Shown here: positions 57,679 through 64,000 of the stretch, piece by piece
Layout of the letters: each line of letters begins with the position of its first letter
How positions within the stretch are numbered: position 1 is the first letter of the stretch
Assembly: GCA_945860945.1 (NCBI GenBank)
Contig: CAMASG010000001.1
Location: 6,545-70,544, forward strand
From: Akkermansia muciniphila
GTDB lineage: Bacteria > Verrucomicrobiota > Verrucomicrobiia > Limisphaerales > SIAT01
Direction of reading: 5' to 3'
Length of the DNA: 64,000 nt
The notes under the pieces: model-generated
Databases searched by the model: none
What the model saw: only the letters and a program-made list of their open reading frames with translations
What the model was told of the DNA's origin: nothing
Program-made: the position numbers and the translations under genes

Positions 57679-58710
57679 TCAAGATCCCGAACTGGAGGAA
57701 GTGACGCGCCGGAGGAATTCCATCTCTTGAAGCACTCGGCCGGTGCCTTCGGCCACGGCGCTGAGGGGGTCCTCGGCGATGTGGACAGGGAGACCGGTTT
57801 CTTTCGAGACGAGCTTGTCGATGCCGCGCAGCAATGCGCCGCCGCCGGCCATCACGATTCCTCGGTCGACGAGGTCGCCGGAGAGTTCGGGTGGGCAGCG
57901 TTCGAGCGTGAGGCGGACGGCTTCCAGAATGCTGGAGAGCGGATCCTTGAGGGCCTCGCGAATTTCCTCTGAACGGATGGTGAGGGTTTTAGGCAGACCT
58001 GCAGCGAGGTCGCGACCCTTCACATCCATAGTAACTTCCTTGTCCATCGGGAATGCAGACCCGATGCGCATCTTGATCTCTTCGGCGGTGCGTTCGCCAA
58101 TCATTAGGTTATGCGCGCGTTTCATGTAGGCGACGATCGTGTCGTCGAATTCATCTCCGCCCACGCGCAGGCTATGGGAGAAGACGATGCCCGCGAGCGA
58201 AATAATCGCGATCTCGCAGGTGCCGCCGCCAATATCCACAATCATGTTGCCCGCCGGTTCCACGACCGGCAGACCAACGCCGATGGCCGAGGCCATCGGT
58301 TGTTCAATCAGATACACCTCGCGAGCGCCCGCGTGCGTCACGGAATCTTTCACGGCGCGCCGTTCCACTTCGGTGATTCCGGAGGGGACGGCGACGACGA
58401 CGCGCGGAGCGATGAGTTTGCGGTGGTGAACCTTTTGGATGAAGTAGCGCAACATCGCTTCGGTGATTTCGAAGTCGGCGATGACGCCGGCCTTCATCGG
58501 GCGGATGGCTAGAATGTTGCCCGGCGTGCGGCCGAGCATCCGCTTCGCCTCGGAGCCGACAGCGAGCACTTGATTGGTGCCAACCTGAACGGCGACGACG
58601 GAGGGTTCCCGCAGCACAATGCCTTGATCGCGGACGTAGACGAGGGAATTCGCCGTCCCGAGATCAATGCCAATGTCGTTGGAGAACAGGCCTTTAAGTT
58701 GCGCTAGCAT
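57679..58710 (-). CDS. mreB: rod-shape-determining protein MreB
   Basis: [25 protein letters not shown] and [11 protein letters not shown] actin-fold motifs. Confidence 0.95.
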   Translation of the reverse strand: MLAQLKGLFSNDIGIDLGTANSLVYVRDQGIVLREPSVVAVQVGTNQVLAVGSEAKRMLGRTPGNILAIRPMKAGVIADFEITEAMLRYFIQKVHHRKLIAPRVVVAVPSGITEVERRAVKDSVTHAGAREVYLIEQPMASAIGVGLPVVEPAGNMIVDIGGGTCEIAIISLAGIVFSHSLRVGGDEFDDTIVAYMKRAHNLMIGERTAEEIKMRIGSAFPMDKEVTMDVKGRDLAAGLPKTLTIRSEEIREALKDPLSSILEAVRLTLERCPPELSGDLVDRGIVMAGGGALLRGIDKLVSKETGLPVHIAEDPLSAVAEGTGRVLQEMEFLRRVTSSSSGS

Positions 58711-58855
58711 GAGTTGTGAAAAACAACGGCGGCAAGCTTACGGGGCGTGTGTCCGCGGGGTCAAGGCTTATTCCGATCGACGCCTAATCGACTCGGCGGC
58801 CATCATTGGATTTGACACCGAGGCGTTTCTTCTTAAAAATCACCGCCCTCTTTGT

Positions 58856-58930
<75 letters not shown>

Positions 58931-59037
58931 TTTTAAATTACCGTGCGGTAAATGGGGATGGGAAAGAGGCGTGTCGGAAAAACACTTTACACCGATGCGG
59001 CGTTCCCCTAAGTTTGCCGCCCTTATTGAATAAAGAT

Positions 59038-59301
59038 ATGGAAGCTAAAGCGAAGACGAAGACCATTCAGACCCACCGCCGGCACGACAAAGACACCGGT
59101 TCGGCTGATGTCCAGATTGCCCTGCTCACCGAGCGGGTTAACCACCTCACTGAGCATTTGCAGACGAACAAGAAGGACCACAGCTCCCGCCGTGGCCTCT
59201 TGATCATGGTCGCCCAGCGCCGCCGCTTGCTCGATTACCTGCACACCACCGCCACCGAGCGCTACACCTCGATTACCAAGAAGCTTAAGCTCCGCAGGTA
59301 A
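59038..59301 (+). CDS. rpsO: 30S ribosomal protein S15
   Basis: 87 aa. GSADVQIALLTERVNHLTEHL...KDHSSRRGLL...RRRLLDYL. Confidence 0.95.
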   Translation: MEAKAKTKTIQTHRRHDKDTGSADVQIALLTERVNHLTEHLQTNKKDHSSRRGLLIMVAQRRRLLDYLHTTATERYTSITKKLKLRR

Positions 59302-59505
59302 TCTTCGGTGCGCGCGCCCACCTGGCGTCGCGCCCCGCTCAAACCCGATTGCTGGAACGTGGCTGGTGCTTTTTCAAGCCGGCTCCGTTCCTCTCCAAAC
59401 CAAACCGAAACCAAACGCCCGCACCACGGGGAAATTTCATTCAGCGTCCGCACCGCGGGCGTTCACTGAAGTTCCTCCAGTGGGTGGGCTAGAAAGAAAA
59501 AGCAA

Positions 59506-61872
59506 ATGGCATACAAAGCCACCGCCCAGATTGGGGCCCAGCAGATCCACATCGAAACCGGCAAACTCGCCAAGCAGGCTGACGGCGCCGTTACTGTCCA
59601 GCTCGGTGAGACGATTATCGTCGTCGCCGCCGTCGCCGCCACCAAGGCCAAGCCCGGTCAGGACTTCTTCCCGCTCACCGTTGATTACCGTGAGAAGGCC
59701 GCTGCCGCGGGCCGCTTCCCCGGCGGTTACTTCAAGCGCGAAGGCCGGCCGACTGAGAAAGAAATTCTCACCTGCCGTCTGACCGACCGTCCGATCCGTC
59801 CGCTCTTCCCGAAGGGCTGGTACAACGAGGTGCAGGTCCAGACCGTTCTTCTCTCCGCTGACGGCGAGAATGATCCGGACATCCTTTCCATCATCGGCGC
59901 GTCCGCCGCGCTCTCCGTGAGTGATATCCCGTGGGCTGGCCCGCTCGGCGCTGTGCGGGTCGGTCGTATCGGCGGCGAGTTCATCGCCAACCCGACGCAC
60001 GTGCAGATGGCCGAGAGCGATCTCGACCTCGTGTACGTCGGCAACGAAACCGACATCGTGATGTACGAAGGTGCGGCCGAGGAAATCACCGAGGACGACT
60101 TCAACGCCGCTCTCCGTTTCGCTCAAGAGTGCTGCTTGCCGATCATCGCTGCGCAGAAGGAACTCATCGCGAAGGCCGGCAAGCCCAAGCGCCAGATCAC
60201 CGTCAACCTTGTTCCTGACGAGATTCTCAAAGAAGCCAAGTCGCTCGCGGGCGACCGTTTTGTTCCCGCGTTGCTCACGCCCGGCAAGCTCGCCCGCGAA
60301 GGCGCCTGCAAGGCGATTCAGGACGAGGTCGGCGCGAAGCTCGTCGAGAAGTTCGGCGCGGAGAAGGTGACCTCCTTCACCGTCAGCCAGGCTTTCTACT
60401 ACATCCAGAAGGAAGCTGTGCGCAGCTTGATCCTCGATTCCGGCAAGCGCCTCGACGGCCGCGGCTTCGATGATATCCGTGCGATCTCTGGCGAAGTCGG
60501 CATCCTGCCGCGCGTTCACGGTTCGGCCATCTTCACCCGTGGCGAGACGCAGGCGATAAGCCTCGTCACGCTCGGTACGAGCGATGACGCGCAGGATTTT
60601 GATTCCTACACCGGCGGCGAGACGACCAAGAAGTTCATGCTGCATTACAACTTCCCGAACTTCTCCGTCGGCGAGACCGGCCGTATCACCGGCCCCGGCC
60701 GCCGCGAAATCGGTCACGGCGCTCTCGCTGAGCGTTCCATCGCGCCGATGATTCCGCTCAAGGATTATCCGTACGCCGTCCGCGTCGTCAGCGAGATCAT
60801 GGAGTCCAACGGCTCCACCTCGATGGCCAGCGTCTGCGGTGGCACGCTCGCGCTCATGGATGCCGGCGTCCCGCTCATCCGCCCCGTCGCCGGCATCAGC
60901 ATCGGTATCTGCACCGATCACGACGCCAGTGACGCAATCACGCGCTACAAACTTCTCTCCGACATCATCGGTTGGGAAGACGGCTACTGCGACATGGATT
61001 GCAAAATCGCCGGCACCGAGAAGGGCATCACTGGATTCCAGCTCGATCTGAAGCTGCGCGGCATGACGCACAAGATCATGACCGAGACGGTCGAGAAGGC
61101 TCGCATCGCTCGCGTCTTCATCCTTGGCGAGATGGCGAAAGTCCTCGCCGAGCCGCGCAAGGAGCTGAGCAAATACGCCCCGCGCATCGTCACCCTCAAG
61201 ATCAACCCCGAGAAAATCGGCGCGATCATCGGGCCTGGCGGCAAGAACATCAAACGCCTCGTCGAAGAGTCCGGTTGCGAAATCAACATCGAGGACGACG
61301 GCTCCGTGCACATCTACTCTGTCTCCGCCGAGGGCATCCAGATCGCTCGCGAAGCGATCGAAGGGATGACCGCCGAGGCTGAGATTGGCAAGGTCTACCG
61401 CGGCAAGGTCGTCACGATCAAAGAATTCGGCGCCTTCGTCGAGTTCCTCCCCGGAAAGGACGGACTCGTGCACATCTCCGAGCTCGCCAACTTCCGCGTC
61501 AAGATGGTCGAGGACATCGTCAAGGTGGGCGATGAAATTGCCGTCAAGTGTCTCGGTGTGGACGAGAAGGGCCGCGTGAAACTTTCGCGCCGCGCCGCGA
61601 TGGCTGACCGCGATGTCGAACATGGCGGTGAACCTCAGGGCGATCAACCGGCCGAAGGTGGCGAGCACCGTGAACATCGCGCTGAAGGCGGCGAGCACCG
61701 TGCTGAAGCTGGAGAACACCGTGAACGTCGCGCTGAAGGCGGCGAACAACAACAGGGTGACCGCCCTCCCGCCGACCGACCCGAACACCGCGAACGCGGT
61801 AATGGCGGTGGTGATCGTGGCGGAGACCGCGGTGGTCGCGGTGGTGGTGGCGGCCGTGGTGGTCGTCGCTAA
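59506..61872 (+). CDS. pnp: polyribonucleotide nucleotidyltransferase (PNPase) with a ~90-aa Glu/His/Arg- and RGG-rich C-terminal tail
   Basis: Two RNase PH domains, KH ([11 protein letters not shown]) and S1 ([15 protein letters not shown]). The tail at nt 61600-61869 ends in [20 protein letters not shown]. Confidence 0.95.
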   Translation: MAYKATAQIGAQQIHIETGKLAKQADGAVTVQLGETIIVVAAVAATKAKPGQDFFPLTVDYREKAAAAGRFPGGYFKREGRPTEKEILTCRLTDRPIRPLFPKGWYNEVQVQTVLLSADGENDPDILSIIGASAALSVSDIPWAGPLGAVRVGRIGGEFIANPTHVQMAESDLDLVYVGNETDIVMYEGAAEEITEDDFNAALRFAQECCLPIIAAQKELIAKAGKPKRQITVNLVPDEILKEAKSLAGDRFVPALLTPGKLAREGACKAIQDEVGAKLVEKFGAEKVTSFTVSQAFYYIQKEAVRSLILDSGKRLDGRGFDDIRAISGEVGILPRVHGSAIFTRGETQAISLVTLGTSDDAQDFDSYTGGETTKKFMLHYNFPNFSVGETGRITGPGRREIGHGALAERSIAPMIPLKDYPYAVRVVSEIMESNGSTSMASVCGGTLALMDAGVPLIRPVAGISIGICTDHDASDAITRYKLLSDIIGWEDGYCDMDCKIAGTEKGITGFQLDLKLRGMTHKIMTETVEKARIARVFILGEMAKVLAEPRKELSKYAPRIVTLKINPEKIGAIIGPGGKNIKRLVEESGCEINIEDDGSVHIYSVSAEGIQIAREAIEGMTAEAEIGKVYRGKVVTIKEFGAFVEFLPGKDGLVHISELANFRVKMVEDIVKVGDEIAVKCLGVDEKGRVKLSRRAAMADRDVEHGGEPQGDQPAEGGEHREHRAEGGEHRAEAGEHRERRAEGGEQQQGDRPPADRPEHRERGNGGGDRGGDRGGRGGGGGRGGRR

Positions 61873-61913
61873 GCCGACCAATCCAACGCTTTTAGAGCGT
61901 TGACGCAAAATTC

Positions 61914-61945
61914 AAGGCGGGCCGGATTTCCGGTCCGCCTTTTTG
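61914..61945 (+). terminator. intrinsic terminator of pnp
   Basis: 10-bp stem GGCGGGCCGG-ATTT-CCGGTCCGCC followed by TTTTT. Confidence 0.8.
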
Positions 61946-61985
61946 CTTCCTTGCGTCGAGCTCTCCGCTTCGTTTTAATCCGCAC

Positions 61986-63338
61986 GTGGAGCAACAACAG
62001 ACGCTCGTCAAACCCGTCAGCTTTTCCGGTATCGGCCTGCACAGTGGCAACAAGGTTTCCATGACCTTCCTGCCCGCGCCGGTGGGCACGGGCATTCGCT
62101 TCCGTCGCGTGGATCTCGATGGCAAGCCGGAGGTCGAGGCGCGCGTCGAGAATGTCACTGAGACCAATCGCTCCACCACGATTTCAAAAGGCAGTGTGAA
62201 GATTCACACCGTCGAGCACGTCCTCGCGAATTTCACGGGCTGGGGCGTGGACAACGCGATTGTCGAACTGGACTCCAATGAGCCGCCCATCGCCGACGGC
62301 AGCGCGCGCGAGTATTGTAAGATGATTGAGTCGGCCGGCATCGTCGCGCAAACCGAGAAGCGCGAGCCGTATCGTTTGACTGCGCCCATCGAGCTGCAGC
62401 TCGGCGAGACTTACATGGCCGCCTTTCCGCACGACGGGTTCAAGCTCACGTGCACGAGCACCGACAAGCAGAGCCGTCACACGCAATATTTCACCGTCGA
62501 GCTGGATACGAAAACGTGGGAGAAGGAACTCGCCCACGCCCGCACATTTTGTTTCTTCGAGGAAATCGAGTTCCTCATCAAGAACGGGCTCGTCAAAGGT
62601 GGCAGCCTCGAGAACGCCGTCATCATTCGCGATGACGCCGTGTTGACGAATGAGCCGCTGCGTTATCCCGAAGAGTTCGTCCGGCACAAGATGCTCGATA
62701 TCGTCGGCGACCTCTCGCTGATTGGTCGGTCGCTCGGCGCGCACATTGTCGCTTTCAAGCCGAGCCACGCCGCGAATTGCGAGCTCGCTCGCCAAATCGT
62801 CGCGCAGATGCGCAAGCCGCTCGTCGCGGCGCAGACCTTTGCTCCGCCGCCAGAAAAATCTGCGGTGGTGGTCGAATCCAAAGCGGTCGAGACGGTCGTG
62901 AAAGACGGCGCCACACTCGATGTGATGCAGGTGATGAAGATTTTGCCGCACCGCCCGCCGTTCCTGATGGTGGATAAAGTGACGTGGATCGAGGGCAACA
63001 AAATCAAGGCGCTGAAAAACGTGACGATGAACGAGCCGTATTTCGCCGGCCATTTTCCGGGCCATCCGATCATGCCCGGCGTGCTGCAACTCGAGGCAAT
63101 CGCGCAGGTCGCGGGAATCCTGATGCTGCGACAGGCCGAGAACGCAGGGAAGATCGCCTACTTCATGGCTGCCGAAGAAGTGAAGTGGCGCAAGCCCGTT
63201 CATCCCGGAGATACGCTGATAATTGATGTCGAGCTGACCAAAGTCCGCGGAAAGATTGGCAAGGCCAAAGGCGTTTGCTCCGTGGACGGCGATCCGGTGA
63301 GCGAAGCCCAAGTGACTTTCATGTTGATTGACGGTTGA
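61986..63338 (+). CDS. lpxC/fabZ: bifunctional UDP-3-O-acyl-GlcNAc deacetylase / 3-hydroxyacyl-ACP dehydratase (LpxC-FabZ fusion)
   Basis: N-terminal LpxC (GIGLHSG, HTVEHVLA, HKMLDIVGDL) and C-terminal FabZ (LPHRPPFLMVD, FAGHFPGHPIMPGVL). GTG start. Confidence 0.9.
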   Translation: MEQQQTLVKPVSFSGIGLHSGNKVSMTFLPAPVGTGIRFRRVDLDGKPEVEARVENVTETNRSTTISKGSVKIHTVEHVLANFTGWGVDNAIVELDSNEPPIADGSAREYCKMIESAGIVAQTEKREPYRLTAPIELQLGETYMAAFPHDGFKLTCTSTDKQSRHTQYFTVELDTKTWEKELAHARTFCFFEEIEFLIKNGLVKGGSLENAVIIRDDAVLTNEPLRYPEEFVRHKMLDIVGDLSLIGRSLGAHIVAFKPSHAANCELARQIVAQMRKPLVAAQTFAPPPEKSAVVVESKAVETVVKDGATLDVMQVMKILPHRPPFLMVDKVTWIEGNKIKALKNVTMNEPYFAGHFPGHPIMPGVLQLEAIAQVAGILMLRQAENAGKIAYFMAAEEVKWRKPVHPGDTLIIDVELTKVRGKIGKAKGVCSVDGDPVSEAQVTFMLIDG

Positions 63339-63345
63339 GATTGTG

Positions 63346-64000
63346 ATGATTCATTCCACCGCCGTCATCCATCCCAAAGCGCAAGTCGCTTCCGGCTGCG
63401 AAATTGGTCCCTACTGCGTCATCGGCGAGCACGTCGCGCTCGGCGAAGGTTGCAAGCTCCACTCGCACGTCGTCATCGATGGCCACACCACGCTCGGCAA
63501 GCGCAACGAGATTTTTCCTTTTGCCAGCATCGGGCTCAAGTCGCAGGACTTGAAATGGAAAGGCGGCGTCACGCGCACGGTCATCGGCGAGGACAATGCC
63601 TTTCGCGAATACGTCACCATCCACAGCGCCACGAGCGACGGCGATGCAACCACGGTCGGCTCGCACAATCACATCCTCGCCTACTGCCACATCGCGCACG
63701 ACTGCCGCGTCGGCAGCCACATCATCATGTCCAACGTCGGTACGCTCGCGGGCCACGTGACGGTTGAGGACCACGCGATCGTCGGCGGACTCGCGGCGGT
63801 GCACCAGTTCTGCCGCATCGGCACGATGGCAATCATCGGTGGCTGTTCGAAGGTGGTGCAGGACGTGCCGCCGTTCATGCTCGCCGATGGCAATCCCGCC
63901 GAGACGCGCACGGTCAACAAGGTCGGGCTTGAGCGGAACGGTGTTTCCGAGGAAGCGCAATCCGCGTTGCGTTCCGCCTACAAGATTCTCTTCCGCGAAG
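63346..64000 (+). CDS. lpxA: acyl-ACP--UDP-N-acetylglucosamine O-acyltransferase (N-terminal part; runs off the window)
   Basis: MIHSTAVIHPKAQV followed by hexapeptide repeats and a GGLAAVHQFCRIG block. The frame is open to the window end. It is not in the ORF track because no stop codon is reached. Confidence 0.9.
   Translation, partial: MIHSTAVIHPKAQVASGCEIGPYCVIGEHVALGEGCKLHSHVVIDGHTTLGKRNEIFPFASIGLKSQDLKWKGGVTRTVIGEDNAFREYVTIHSATSDGDATTVGSHNHILAYCHIAHDCRVGSHIIMSNVGTLAGHVTVEDHAIVGGLAAVHQFCRIGTMAIIGGCSKVVQDVPPFMLADGNPAETRTVNKVGLERNGVSEEAQSALRSAYKILFRE

Noticed and set aside
59437-61908. 823-aa minus-strand ORF opposite pnp. Similar cases: 593..2392 opposite gnd, 53938..55674 opposite rodA/mrdA, 16748..17908 opposite nadE
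   Set aside because: All are mirror-frame ORFs of unambiguous housekeeping genes with low-complexity translations. They are GC3-driven artefacts, not overlapping genes.

Overview
GC-rich bacterial chromosomal segment with about 60 protein genes, 2 tRNAs and no recognisable mobile element, CRISPR array or defence island. Gene content points to a PVC/Verrucomicrobia-like organism (inference): two pseudopilin-like proteins with FTLIE(L/V)[17 protein letters not shown]-termini, an LpxC-FabZ fusion next to LpxA, and LpxI. Most genes are housekeeping: gnd, rnd, rlmI, trpA, coaX, birA, nadC, nadE, msrP, hemL, ruvX, truA, trmL, mreBCD-mrdA-rodA-rng, rpsO-pnp and lpxC/fabZ-lpxA. The best candidate for a poorly described system is at 26.1-28.2 kb. 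A well-conserved SAM-I (S-box) riboswitch with an intrinsic terminator precedes a tightly packed operon of a ThrC-family PLP enzyme, a CysO/MoaD-type sulfur-carrier protein ending in GG, and a stand-alone NIL-domain protein. I interpret this as a protein-thiocarboxylate-dependent homocysteine/methionine route working on O-phosphohomoserine. Other points worth a second look: a perfect 11-bp x 12 tandem repeat abutting the start codon of a DHDPS-like gene; a metal-uptake cluster (small Cys/His peptide, coiled-coil outer-membrane barrel, ZnuA/ZnuB-like pair, no ATPase); and a 1244-aa secreted metzincin-Ig-beta-propeller protein. Also notable are a GbsR-regulated operon linked by ATGA overlaps that contains an unannotated 50-codon ORF, an ArsS-like radical SAM gene without arsM, and Arg/Gly-rich disordered extensions on both RNase G and PNPase. 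All calls rest on reading the translated ORFs, motifs and hand-folded RNA structures. No database search was run.
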